Virus record (IMG/VR): IMGVR_UViG_3300027541_000229
Reading direction: 5' to 3' (one strand)
Origin: an uncultured virus (IMG/VR IMGVR_UViG_3300027541_000229)
Lineage: Duplodnaviria; Heunggongvirae; Uroviricota; Caudoviricetes
DNA: 20,000 bases
Each line of letters begins with the position of its first letter. Positions within the stretch are counted from its first letter, which is position 1. Below are positions 1 through 9,100 of the stretch, one piece after another. A program made the translations under genes and the position numbers. Under the pieces are notes generated by a model that was given only the letters and a program-made list of their open reading frames with translations, did not search any database and was not told where the DNA came from.

Positions 1-2345
1 TCTGAAGGTTGATCCGCTACTTCACCTGCATCGCCAAGGTCTTTAGCTGGTTTGACTGGTTCTTTAGTTTCAATAGCAAACTTACTACCGCCTGGAGCAG
101 GTGTGTTAGGTTTGCCGTAATCTGATGCTTGTCCAGGCATCCTTACGCACTTTAATTTTTGTTTGAAAACACCATCATTAAAAATATTTTCACACATTAT
201 TACTCGATAGATTCCACCAAACGGACTGCTCGCAGTTTTGCCATTAGGAAAGTTATATAATCCATTACCATCTATCAGTCCTTCGTTAATATCAATAGGA
301 GATCTAAAACCTATATGTATGTAAACATCATTTCCTTCATAGTGAGCCGTACCGTCTTTAGTAATCTGACTCACTCCGCCACCGCCAACCGGCTGAGCAA
401 AATAATTCCCCATTCCGCTGTCAATCATCCAATAAGGGTCGCCTAGAGTTTCTAGATCTATAGTGACCATGTCTGCGCTGCTGCCTTTAACGAATGCGCT
501 ATGGAAAGCTTCTGCAACTTCTTTTTCAGTCGAAGTTCCTGAAGAACCGCCTTTAAACTTACTGATCAAATCTGGATCTCTAAATGGTCTAGCTCTACCC
601 GTATTAGCTGTCAACCCGGCTTTGTCTGCATCACCCGATCCAGTTTCTGTTTTCTTAGGAAGATTTTCAGCTGTTCCTTGCCCGTCTGGCGATGCCTGTT
701 TGCCTGCTTTAGCTTCGGCACTAGGGTTCACACCTGCATAGAACAGATTGTTAATATTAATATCAAACTTGAGAATGTCTACGTTCTTGCCAGTGTAGAT
801 ATAGTTGTAGGACTTGCATATTTTTGTAGCTAAGTCTCCGTATCCTTCGGGACTAGCTGTTGCTGCACTGAAAACGCTTTCGTGAACTAAAAAAGGAACT
901 ACTCTAAAAATTATCTTTCTAGCATAGTCACCTGTTAATGAATCAAACTTGTCTTGTTGAAACATTATTTGTATATCAAGTTTAAACCATTTGATAAAAC
1001 CGTTAGTGACATTTTCTTTTTTAAGAGCATTCATGCCATAGTCAGAGCTAACAATGACTTGATTGATAATAGATGTCAGCGATTGTGATTGAGAAAACTG
1101 GAAGGTCCTGCTCTTAGGATCTATCGCCATTTTATCTCGTTTCACTATACCAGTTTTTTCATCTCTCACATCACCATTGCGCTTTGGTACAAATGTTCCC
1201 CCAGAACTCTGAGAAAACCCAAAACTTGATTTTCCTATAGGATTGTTTCCATAGTTTCCTGCACCACCTAGGTTAGGAGCAAGGTTAGTTCCTAAGATAG
1301 TTTTTTTCTCAGCAGCATTAGGATTTACTGTGGCTTTCTTTTCTTCTAGGGGCGGATTCCCTGTAAACATCTCATAAGTGTTATCAGGAAACTGTATTTC
1401 ATACACGTCCGGAAATAAAATCTTCTTTTCTTCTACTAGACGTTTTTCATTTTCATTGATAGTTCTACATAGACTCTTTTCACCGGTCACTAAAAGATCA
1501 CCAACTGTTCCTGGTTCAAAGCCGCCTTCGGCTGTACCTTTACCTGTAGTTCCAGATATCGATATGTCTGTGTAGGTAATGTTTGTAGCATCAGCAAACC
1601 CTTGATGGTTCCATGGGATTCCTTCTACTTTATATGTGCTGCCGCCTTCATTGACGCTAAACTTACAACTAACTAGTTTTAGTGTAAAGAATTTAGGTTT
1701 TACAGCGGTATAGATATTTCCAACATCATCATAACCTTGGATGTCTAATCTTAAAACAAATGGAGCATTTTGTAGATAGTTTACATAGCCTGCGTTGACT
1801 GCTGCTACCTGCATACTTTGTAACAGTAATCCCATACTGTAAGGTTCATAAATGTCAAAACTAAACTTAATAGCATTGCTGTTCCCTGTCTGCGTATTTG
1901 CAGAAATAACAGCATTCATAGAAAAGTTGTTGACAAAAAATTCAGGCGATCCGTATGCGGTTTTTACTCTGTTTGAATCAAATCTTCCTGCAGACGAAAA
2001 TACAACATATTTTAAATCGTTGGGACTATTTCTGTAAGATGCAGGATTATTAAACTGTGCAGGGGTTAGACAAGCCAGTGTCCAAAGAGGAGCATATGAT
2101 GCATATTTTTCCAAAGGGTTAGGTATAACATTTGTTAACTGAGCTTCTATATTTGCACTAGTCTTTGTGGTATCTTGTAGTAAACTGCTGGCTCCTCCTA
2201 CTATAGAATCTATAGCTCTAGCAGGATTTAAAAATGTCGAACGTAGAGCCGAGCCTGCGTTGAGTGCATTTCCAACAACATTCTGTACTATGTTAGTACC
2301 GTCGGGCTTACGAATAGCATCTGTAATAGAATCAAACCAGGCCAT
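1..2345 (-). CDS. Large baseplate hub / tail protein (gp27-like), 3' end outside the window; missing from the ORF track
   Basis: ATG at 2345, just after the stop of the gp53-like gene. It translates MAWFDSITDAIRKPDG...IPNPLEKYASY...FDIYEPYSMGLLLQ...LGDPYWMIDSG...FGGIYRVIMCENIFNDGVFKQKLKCVR, and both ends are in the same frame. The C-terminal 'FxGxYxV...F..G.F.Q.L...R' pattern is typical of contractile-tail hub proteins. Confidence 0.7.
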   Translation of the reverse strand, partial: MAWFDSITDAIRKPDGTNIVQNVVGNALNAGSALRSTFLNPARAIDSIVGGASSLLQDTTKTSANIEAQLTNVIPNPLEKYASYAPLWTLACLTPAQFNNPASYRNSPNDLKYVVFSSAGRFDSNRVKTAYGSPEFFVNNFSMNAVISANTQTGNSNAIKFSFDIYEPYSMGLLLQSMQVAAVNAGYVNYLQNAPFVLRLDIQGYDDVGNIYTAVKPKFFTLKLVSCKFSVNEGGSTYKVEGIPWNHQGFADATNITYTDISISGTTGKGTAEGGFEPGTVGDLLVTGEKSLCRTINENEKRLVEEKKILFPDVYEIQFPDNTYEMFTGNPPLEEKKATVNPNAAEKKTILGTNLAPNLGGAGNYGNNPIGKSSFGFSQSSGGTFVPKRNGDVRDEKTGIVKRDKMAIDPKSRTFQFSQSQSLTSIINQVIVSSDYGMNALKKENVTNGFIKWFKLDIQIMFQQDKFDSLTGDYARKIIFRVVPFLVHESVFSAATASPEGYGDLATKICKSYNYIYTGKNVDILKFDININNLFYAGVNPSAEAKAGKQASPDGQGTAENLPKKTETGSGDADKAGLTANTGRARPFRDPDLISKFKGGSSGTSTEKEVAEAFHSAFVKGSSADMVTIDLETLGDPYWMIDSGMGNYFAQPVGGGGVSQITKDGTAHYEGNDVYIHIGFRSPIDINEGLIDGNGLYNFPNGKTASSPFGGIYRVIMCENIFNDGVFKQKLKCVRMPGQASDYGKPNTPAPGGSKFAIETKEPVKPAKDLGDAGEVADQPS

Positions 2346-2346
2346 A

Positions 2347-2649
2347 TTAAACTCCTAGAAACTTTTGTAGATTACTTTTCTTAGGAATATAAATGGTCAC
2401 TCCTGGTTCAAAGTCATAGATAGGATCTCTAATAACATTCATATTCCTTTGAACAAACACCCACCATAGTTTAGATGTTCCATAAAGATCATAGGCAAGA
2501 AGATCTGGCCTATGCTTATATTGATTTTCTATAGTATATTTGAAATCATCTGGTTCTGCAGGAACTGGACGAATAGTTAACAACTCCATGTACAGGTTGT
2601 TAATATTTGTACTAGCCCACGGAGATGTTTCAGGATATAGTTCTGACAT
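2347..2649 (-). CDS. Baseplate wedge subunit, T4 gp53-like (LysM-like)
   Basis: Motif YKHRPDLLAYDLYGTSKLWWVF...N...DPIYDF..G..IYIP, in a baseplate context. Confidence 0.8.
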   Translation of the reverse strand: MSELYPETSPWASTNINNLYMELLTIRPVPAEPDDFKYTIENQYKHRPDLLAYDLYGTSKLWWVFVQRNMNVIRDPIYDFEPGVTIYIPKKSNLQKFLGV

Positions 2650-2650
2650 A

Positions 2651-3772
2651 TTAAATGAATCCTACCGTAGAGTTACCAGCACGACGACCTCTTGAATAAT
2701 CTTCAAGACTGAACTGACGCAATCTCGATCTGTTGTAGATTGGTGATACTGTTACACTTATAGTGCTTAATACAGGAACCCACGTTCTTGTTCCAAAGCT
2801 ATCACAAAGTATGTAGTTAACGTCATCTTTTAAATCAACAGTAAATGATTTTATAATAACCGGAACGTTGTCAAACACACTAGCACCGTAGCCTGTTAGA
2901 TTACAAATGATCGGTGGGTTCCCTGCGTTTTCGCCAGTACCAAAAAACATCTTTGTAGCTGTCTTAAAAAATGTAGTTGCCGCTATCCAATATGCGCCAT
3001 CTGTTGCTGTTTCGCAGGTAAAGTCGCCTGAAATCTGTATATCTTCTATTGTACTATTCTTATAAGAATAAAACTTATAGTTGCTGTGTACGGGATCGAT
3101 TTCTGTGTAGTTTGATTTAGTAGTAATGTTTATAGATGGGTTGTAAGGCCAGACAACACCACCTGTATTTTCTAAAAGACCAAACATTGGCGATTTAAAC
3201 ATACTCCATTGTGCGTTTATCCTAACACGCCAATCATCAGGTGCTCCTGGATTCAACTTAATAGCTGTTCCTTGTTTTGCAAAAAGCTCTCCACCAGCAG
3301 GAAGATTGATGCCTCTTCCTAGACTAAGTAAGTTATTAAGCATACCTGCTGCAGAACTAATAGTACCCGCCAATCCCATTAAACCACCTGCTAGATTTCC
3401 ACCTGTGAGCTTTCCTATCGCTCCTGAAATGTCAGCAGTAATATTACTTGTGTTTGCTGCAACAGACTGTAAAGAGTTAACGGCGCCACCTACTTGAGAC
3501 TGTATCTGTCCACCGATGCCTCCGAGAGCACCAAGACTCCCAGGTATTTGATTACCGAAGTTTCCGAGACCTTGTTTAATATTGCCTGTGAAACTGTTTA
3601 GACCGCTGCCAATACCACCACTCTGTTGGTTGACCACTGAGTCTAAGTTGGCCTTTGCCAAGGTATTACTGGCATTGCCCATGGCACTGCTTGCTGCGTT
3701 AGAGGCCTCTGAGATCTTAGCACCAAGTTGTTGTACCAATAAGGCCTGCGGGTTTATAGATAATCCTGCCAT
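2651..3772 (-). CDS. Tail tube-like baseplate protein (gp48/gp54-type) with a Gly/Ser/Ala-rich N-terminus
   Basis: The C-terminal domain GVVWPYNPSI...Y...HSNY...IQISGDF...GNPPIICNL.GYG...NVPVIIKSFTVDL resembles tube-initiator folds. Likely start is ATG 3772 (alternative TTG 3781), with AGAGGA and a late promoter motif upstream. Confidence 0.6.
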   Translation of the reverse strand: MAGLSINPQALLVQQLGAKISEASNAASSAMGNASNTLAKANLDSVVNQQSGGIGSGLNSFTGNIKQGLGNFGNQIPGSLGALGGIGGQIQSQVGGAVNSLQSVAANTSNITADISGAIGKLTGGNLAGGLMGLAGTISSAAGMLNNLLSLGRGINLPAGGELFAKQGTAIKLNPGAPDDWRVRINAQWSMFKSPMFGLLENTGGVVWPYNPSINITTKSNYTEIDPVHSNYKFYSYKNSTIEDIQISGDFTCETATDGAYWIAATTFFKTATKMFFGTGENAGNPPIICNLTGYGASVFDNVPVIIKSFTVDLKDDVNYILCDSFGTRTWVPVLSTISVTVSPIYNRSRLRQFSLEDYSRGRRAGNSTVGFI

Positions 3773-3798
3773 TTTGAACAAATTTCCTCTTTATACTC

Positions 3799-3806
3799 TA
3801 TTTATT
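3799..3806 (-). promoter_or_regulatory. T4-type late promoter (AATAAATA) for the baseplate operon
   Basis: Matches TATAAATA at 7/8 positions and lies upstream of the first baseplate gene. Confidence 0.6.
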
Positions 3807-3853
3807 CTTAATAAAATATGCTATTATTATAAGTACTAGGAGAATGACATCTA

Positions 3854-4699
3854 ATGACTATTCCAAAAATAAAATATCTAACAAATAAAGATCTCCTCAG
3901 AGAGATACACCTTAGTAAAAATACATATTGCAGTTTCGATAAGCCTGAACATCACGAATATGATTTGATACTGCCCAGTCTAGACAAAATCAATATTAGA
4001 ACTATAGCAGAAGCCAAGAGAAATAAGGCTTCTAAGCTCAGTAAGCGAGCCTATGAAGCTGCCCAAGCAGCAGGTGGCAAAAAACTAAGCCCAAAAGATT
4101 TTGAAGTAGATTACAAAAAAGTAGCTAAGGTCGATGTAGTGTTTAGGATCATGACTTTCGAGCATATCCCGTTAGCACCAGGAAGAAAAAAGACTCTTAA
4201 AAATACTGCCGACAGCCACGAAAAAATCAACTTTCCTCCATTCCAACATTGGAAGTTTGACGACAACGATAACCTTATCTGCGTAGGTAAAAGCCACTGG
4301 AAAGGTGGGCTTGTCAAAGGTGTTTACAGCAAGGACCACGGAAAGATGACTGACAATCTTGCCCGCATGTTCTTGAAGCTCTGTGATCGTTATGCTACTC
4401 GCGGCAACGTCCGTGGCTATACCTACAATGATGAAATGAAGGGCCAGGCCATTTTGCAGCTCACACAGATAGGACTACAGTTTGACGAATCTAAATCAGA
4501 TAATCCGTTTGCTTACTATACTGCTGCTGTCACTAATAGTTTCGTTCGTATCATTAATATTGAGAAGCGGAATCAAAATATCCGAGATGATATCTTAGAA
4601 ATGAACGGAATGACTCCTAGTTGGACTCGACAAAATAGTGGCAGTTCTACAGCACCAGCAGCACCAGCAGCCCCTGTAAGCAGTGATGATTGGGATTGA
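3854..4699 (+). CDS. Late-transcription sigma factor, T4 gp55-like
   Basis: N-terminal YLTNKDLLREI and C-terminal RGNVRGYTYNDEM...QFDESKSDNPFAYYT...NSFVRII..EKR resemble gp55. It sits immediately upstream of gp47/gp46 as in T4-like phages, with SD AGGAG at 3838-3842. Confidence 0.8.
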   Translation: MTIPKIKYLTNKDLLREIHLSKNTYCSFDKPEHHEYDLILPSLDKINIRTIAEAKRNKASKLSKRAYEAAQAAGGKKLSPKDFEVDYKKVAKVDVVFRIMTFEHIPLAPGRKKTLKNTADSHEKINFPPFQHWKFDDNDNLICVGKSHWKGGLVKGVYSKDHGKMTDNLARMFLKLCDRYATRGNVRGYTYNDEMKGQAILQLTQIGLQFDESKSDNPFAYYTAAVTNSFVRIINIEKRNQNIRDDILEMNGMTPSWTRQNSGSSTAPAAPAAPVSSDDWD

Positions 4700-4724
4700 C
4701 TTGATTCAAAAAGAATTGTACACT
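4696..4724 (+). promoter_or_regulatory. Sigma70-type promoter for the gp47-gp46 operon
   Basis: TTGACT (4696-4701), a 17-bp spacer, then TACACT (4719-4724), followed by GGAG and ATG 4747. Confidence 0.6.
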
Positions 4725-4746
4725 ATTAGTGGAGTAGACAAAATCA

Positions 4747-5751
4747 ATGTTTAAAAAAGTTGCCTGTTTTACAGACATCCATTTTGGATTAAAATCTGGT
4801 AGTAGGATCCACAATCAAGACTGCGAAGATTTCGTAGATTGGTTCTGCGAAACTGCCAAACAAGAAGGTGCAGAAACCTGTATCTTCCTTGGTGACTGGC
4901 ATCATAATCGATCAACGACTGATGTTAGTACCATGAACTATACTGTTAGCAATCTAGAAAAACTAAACAACAGTTTTGATCATGTATATCTGATCATGGG
5001 CAACCATGATGAATACTACAAGGACAAACGTGAAATACACAGCCTAGAGTTTGCTAGACTGTTTCCTAATATCACGGTAGTGAACCAAACCATAACTGAT
5101 GGCGATGTAACTATCATGCCATGGCTTGTTGGTGACGAGTGGCAGAAGATTCCTAAGATCAAGAGCCGTTATATGTTTTCGCATCTTGAGCTTCCGCATT
5201 TTTATATGAACGCCATGGTGCAGATGCCAGACCACGGTCAGTTGCAGTCTACACACTTTGCTAATCAAGAATATGTGTTTACAGGGCATTTCCATAAACG
5301 ACAGACCAAAGGCAATATCGTTTACATCGGCAATGCGTTTCCGCACAACTATGCAGATTCGTTTGATGACGATCGAGGTATGATGCTGCTTGAATGGGGT
5401 AAGGAGCCTGTTTATAAGACATGGCCTGGTCAACCCATTTATAGGACCTATAAGCTAAGTCAAATCATTGATACTCCCGACAAGCTATTGCGTGAAAAGA
5501 TGCATTGTCGTGTTACTATTGACTTGCCTATCACTTTTGAAGAAGCTAACTTTATCAAAGAACAGTTCATGCCACAATATAATCTGCGTGAACTGATGCT
5601 TATTCCTGAAAAAGTAGAAGTTGAAAGTAATGCTGTAGCGATAGATCTTAAGTTTGAAAGCGTCGATACTATCGTCATGAACCAAATCAATGCTATCGAA
5701 AGCGATACCTATGACAAAAAACTGTTACTGGAGATCTATAGAGACCTATGA
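4747..5751 (+). CDS. Recombination nuclease subunit gp47 (Mre11/SbcD-like metallophosphoesterase)
   Basis: Motifs DIHFG, GDWHH, GNHD, SHLE and GHFH. Confidence 0.92.
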   Translation: MFKKVACFTDIHFGLKSGSRIHNQDCEDFVDWFCETAKQEGAETCIFLGDWHHNRSTTDVSTMNYTVSNLEKLNNSFDHVYLIMGNHDEYYKDKREIHSLEFARLFPNITVVNQTITDGDVTIMPWLVGDEWQKIPKIKSRYMFSHLELPHFYMNAMVQMPDHGQLQSTHFANQEYVFTGHFHKRQTKGNIVYIGNAFPHNYADSFDDDRGMMLLEWGKEPVYKTWPGQPIYRTYKLSQIIDTPDKLLREKMHCRVTIDLPITFEEANFIKEQFMPQYNLRELMLIPEKVEVESNAVAIDLKFESVDTIVMNQINAIESDTYDKKLLLEIYRDL

Positions 5752-7529
5752 TAAAGATTAAAAATCTAACAGTTAGAAACTTTATGAGCGTGGGCAACCA
5801 AACCCAAGCTATCGACTTTGACCGTGGACAGCTGACCTTAGTCTTAGGTGAAAATCTAGATCTAGGAGGTGATGACTCTGGCGCCCGTAACGGAACAGGC
5901 AAAACTACAATCATCAACGGACTGAGCTACGCTATCTATGGTCAAGCCCTAACTAACATCAAGCGTGATAATCTTATCAATAAGATTAACAGCAAAGGTA
6001 TGTTGGTTACAGTTACCTTTGAAAAAGATGGTGTTGAATATCATATCGAACGTGGACGAAAACCTAATCTTCTCAAGTTTAGTGTAAACGGAGAGGAGCA
6101 AGATCTTGAAAATGCCACTGACGAAAGTCAAGGCGACTCTCGAGAAACACAAAAAGCTATCGAAGAAATATTTCCAATGACCCATGAGATGTTTAAACAT
6201 CTTGTGGCGCTGAATACCTATACTGAACCGTTCCTTAGTATGAAGGCTGCTGATCAACGAGCCATCATTGAACAGCTATTAGGTATTACTCTGCTCAGTG
6301 AAAAAGCAGAAAATCTCAAAGAACAAGTTAAACTAACCAAAGATGCTATCAACAGTGAAAACACAAGGATTGAAACTGTTAAAGCATCTAACGATCGCAT
6401 ACAACAAAGCATCGAAGCACTAGAAAGAAAACAAAAACTGTGGGAAGAACAAAAGACCAAAGCAGTCACTGACCTACAGAAAAGCATCGATGTACTGTCA
6501 ACTATTGATATTGAGCAAGAGATCTCAAATCAACGTGCTCTAGAAGAATGGAATAAGAATAAAAAGGAACGTGATAGAGTACAGGCTCTGTTGGCTAAGT
6601 CTATAGCCACACTAGAAAAAGAACAAAAGACTCTTAAAAAACTAGAATCTGAGTTGGTCTTGTTAGCTGAACACAAGTGTCATAGCTGTGGTCAGGATCT
6701 GCATGACCACAAGCACGAAGAAATGATGACTAATAAGGTCAAACAGATCGATGACGCACAGTCCTTTATAGATAACCATGCCGATGATCTAATGAAACTG
6801 CAAGGCGAAATGGATCTACTAGGAGAACAAACTGATTGTCCTAAGGTTGTCTATGAAAATCTAGAAGAAGCACTTAATCATAAGAACACTATCGAAGGCC
6901 TTACTAAAGATCTACAGACTAAAACTTCTGAAGTAAACCCCTATCAAGAACAGATCGAAGAACTTAAGAAAACTGCGGTACAAGAGATTGATTGGGATCA
7001 ACTAAATGAACTAGTACGAGTTAAAGAGCATCAAGAGTTTCTATACAAACTACTCACTAACAAAGATAGTTTTGTACGCAAACGCATCATTGATCAGAAT
7101 CTAGCGTTCTTAAATCAGCGATTGACCTATTATCTCGATAAGATTGGTCTGCCTCATATCGTCGAGTTTCAAAATGACCTAAGTGTCATCATTACACAGC
7201 TAGGTCAAGATCTAGATTTTGATAATCTAAGCCGAGGAGAACGTAATAGGTTGATACTAAGTCTAAGTTGGGCGTTCCGTGATGTGTGGGAGAATCTATA
7301 TCATAACATCAACTTGCTGTTTATTGACGAGTTAGTAGATAGCGGCATGGACGCCAGCGGTGTTGAATCTAGTATCGCTGTATTAAAACGCATGACTCGT
7401 GAACGCGATAAGAATGTGTTCTTGATCAGCCATAGAGATGATCTAACTAATCGTGTAAACCATGTGTTAAAAGTTATTAAAGAAAACGGTTTTACTAGTT
7501 ATAGCAATGACGTGGAGATCGTAGCGTGA
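5748..7529 (+). CDS. Recombination ATPase gp46 (Rad50/SbcC-like)
   Basis: NFMSVGN, Walker A NGTGKTT, coiled coil with zinc hook CHSC, signature LSRGE, Walker B LLFIDE and H-loop ISH. ATGA overlap with gp47. Confidence 0.93.
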   Translation: MIKIKNLTVRNFMSVGNQTQAIDFDRGQLTLVLGENLDLGGDDSGARNGTGKTTIINGLSYAIYGQALTNIKRDNLINKINSKGMLVTVTFEKDGVEYHIERGRKPNLLKFSVNGEEQDLENATDESQGDSRETQKAIEEIFPMTHEMFKHLVALNTYTEPFLSMKAADQRAIIEQLLGITLLSEKAENLKEQVKLTKDAINSENTRIETVKASNDRIQQSIEALERKQKLWEEQKTKAVTDLQKSIDVLSTIDIEQEISNQRALEEWNKNKKERDRVQALLAKSIATLEKEQKTLKKLESELVLLAEHKCHSCGQDLHDHKHEEMMTNKVKQIDDAQSFIDNHADDLMKLQGEMDLLGEQTDCPKVVYENLEEALNHKNTIEGLTKDLQTKTSEVNPYQEQIEELKKTAVQEIDWDQLNELVRVKEHQEFLYKLLTNKDSFVRKRIIDQNLAFLNQRLTYYLDKIGLPHIVEFQNDLSVIITQLGQDLDFDNLSRGERNRLILSLSWAFRDVWENLYHNINLLFIDELVDSGMDASGVESSIAVLKRMTRERDKNVFLISHRDDLTNRVNHVLKVIKENGFTSYSNDVEIVA

Positions 7530-8146
7530 ACATCAACAGTAGAATCATAGCTTTGTCAAACATGACCCTTCTTAGGGCAGAAGTTCCTGTCAATCTTTTA
7601 AGGATAATGTTAGATGAAATAGATCAAATAGAAAAAGACGAGGGGTCTGCAGAAGAAACTAAGTCTGGACTATCTTCTCCTGGCGTTCCTAAGCACTATA
7701 GATTTACCAAGTCTACAGAAGATCTACTAAAGGAGTATATTTTAGAATGTACTCAAATGTATAGAGAAAGTTGTCACTATTTAAAGACCTTTGATTCTCC
7801 TAAAGTTGAACCGCAATATTATTGCGAACGTCCATGGATTAACTTTCAAAGAGCTGGAGAGTTTCTTCCTAATCATATGCATGGCGGTGTACTAAGTTAT
7901 ACCATATGGCTAAGGATTCCGGAAGTCATTGACGATACTAAAGATCCATTCTCTGGACAACTAGAGTTTACCTACACAGATATGCTAGGAAGAACTCAAG
8001 GTGCTACTATGGGTGTTAACAAATACAGCGTTGGACAGACTATGTTATTTCCTAGTCTACTAAGACACTGTGTATATCCATTTAGCAACTCTGACGAAAT
8101 ACGAATATCTGTATCAGGTAATGTGTTTCTTGGACAAGAACCGTGA
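7526..8146 (+). CDS. Putative 2OG-Fe(II) oxygenase
   Basis: WINFQ..GEF.PNHMH (HxH), LFPSLLRHCVYPF (distal His) and RISVSGN (RxS). Confidence 0.8.
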   Translation: MNINSRIIALSNMTLLRAEVPVNLLRIMLDEIDQIEKDEGSAEETKSGLSSPGVPKHYRFTKSTEDLLKEYILECTQMYRESCHYLKTFDSPKVEPQYYCERPWINFQRAGEFLPNHMHGGVLSYTIWLRIPEVIDDTKDPFSGQLEFTYTDMLGRTQGATMGVNKYSVGQTMLFPSLLRHCVYPFSNSDEIRISVSGNVFLGQEP

Positions 8147-8373
8147 GTACAGAATCACACGACAAGATGATTGCTGCTTTTCAAGAATATTTCAAGTGGC
8201 AAGAACGATTTGAATACAAGCACAGCGACGAAGCTGGCATTAAGGCACGATTTTGGCTATCAGAAATACGCAATGAGGCATCAAAAAGGCGAGTAGAAAT
8301 ACAAGAAAAACGCAAGGAAAGGCGCAAAGCCAGAAAAGGCATGAGAGGCAAACCACTGTCTATAACTAAATGA
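8143..8373 (+). CDS. Small basic helical protein, possibly a histone H1-like (Hc1-type) DNA-binding protein
   Basis: AGIKAR..LSEI...A.KRR.EIQE pattern and a very basic C-terminus. GTGA overlap with the upstream gene. Confidence 0.5.
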   Translation: MSTESHDKMIAAFQEYFKWQERFEYKHSDEAGIKARFWLSEIRNEASKRRVEIQEKRKERRKARKGMRGKPLSITK

Positions 8374-8808
8374 GTGCAGTGGACATATCAAAATCAACCC
8401 GTAGAAGAAATACCTGAAGGCTACATTGGCTTCGTTTATCTCATCACCAACACAACCACCGGACAGAAGTACATAGGCAAGAAACTAGCACAGTTTAAAC
8501 GTACTAAACCACCACTCAAAGGCAAAAAACTTAAACGCAGAAGCACAGTAGAAAGCGATTGGCGCGATTACTGGGGTTCTAGCGATAGGTTAAACGCAGA
8601 TGTCCAAGCATTAGGTCCGGAAAACTTCACCCGAGAAATACTCTACTACTGTAAATCTAAGGCAGAAATGGGCTATTTAGAGGCTAGAGAACAGTTTGAA
8701 CGCAGAGTTTTAGAAACTGACGAGTATTATAATGGCATTATAAACGTCAGAGTAGGCGGTTCAAACATACTTAGGCAGCGTCTAGAAGAGCATAAAAAGG
8801 CCAAATAA
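8374..8808 (+). CDS. Stand-alone GIY-YIG (Seg-like) endonuclease
   Basis: GFVYLITN...KYIGKK, YWGSS, FTREIL, a conserved Glu (YLEAREQ) and YYN. At 144 aa it is essentially just the catalytic domain with a basic insertion. Confidence 0.8.
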   Translation: MQWTYQNQPVEEIPEGYIGFVYLITNTTTGQKYIGKKLAQFKRTKPPLKGKKLKRRSTVESDWRDYWGSSDRLNADVQALGPENFTREILYYCKSKAEMGYLEAREQFERRVLETDEYYNGIINVRVGGSNILRQRLEEHKKAK

Positions 8809-8820
8809 TCGCCAAAAAAA

Positions 8821-9100
8821 CCCGCACCGGTGACTGTTATGGTGCCCGAAATCCGCTCTGATGTGTGGCGGTAAGGAAGCTCTACCTTGGTGAAGAGCGA
8901 CTCAACCACTATCCTTAACAGGACGTTGATAGCAAAGACCTTGCTGTTTGGTTGTTTTTGAGAGCGAAATAAGGCAAAATGAGGGGAGAAAAACCCCACG
9001 TATACGTAAGTGATAGCAGATTTACGTATGCCGCCGTTGTATAAAGACGGAGCTCGAGGTACCGGACAACCGCCTCTGTAATGCTCTACTGCTGTGTGAC
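8821..9100 (+). ncRNA. Candidate large structured non-coding RNA (unassigned)
   Basis: A non-coding interval with consecutive and nested stems, G-U pairs that favour the + strand, and a 7-bp loop-to-downstream pairing (see findings). Confidence 0.55.

Noticed and set aside
463..2358. Short + strand ORFs (463-741, 1378-1575, 1852-2037, 2167-2358)
   Set aside because: They are antisense shadows of the long minus-strand baseplate gene starting at 2345.
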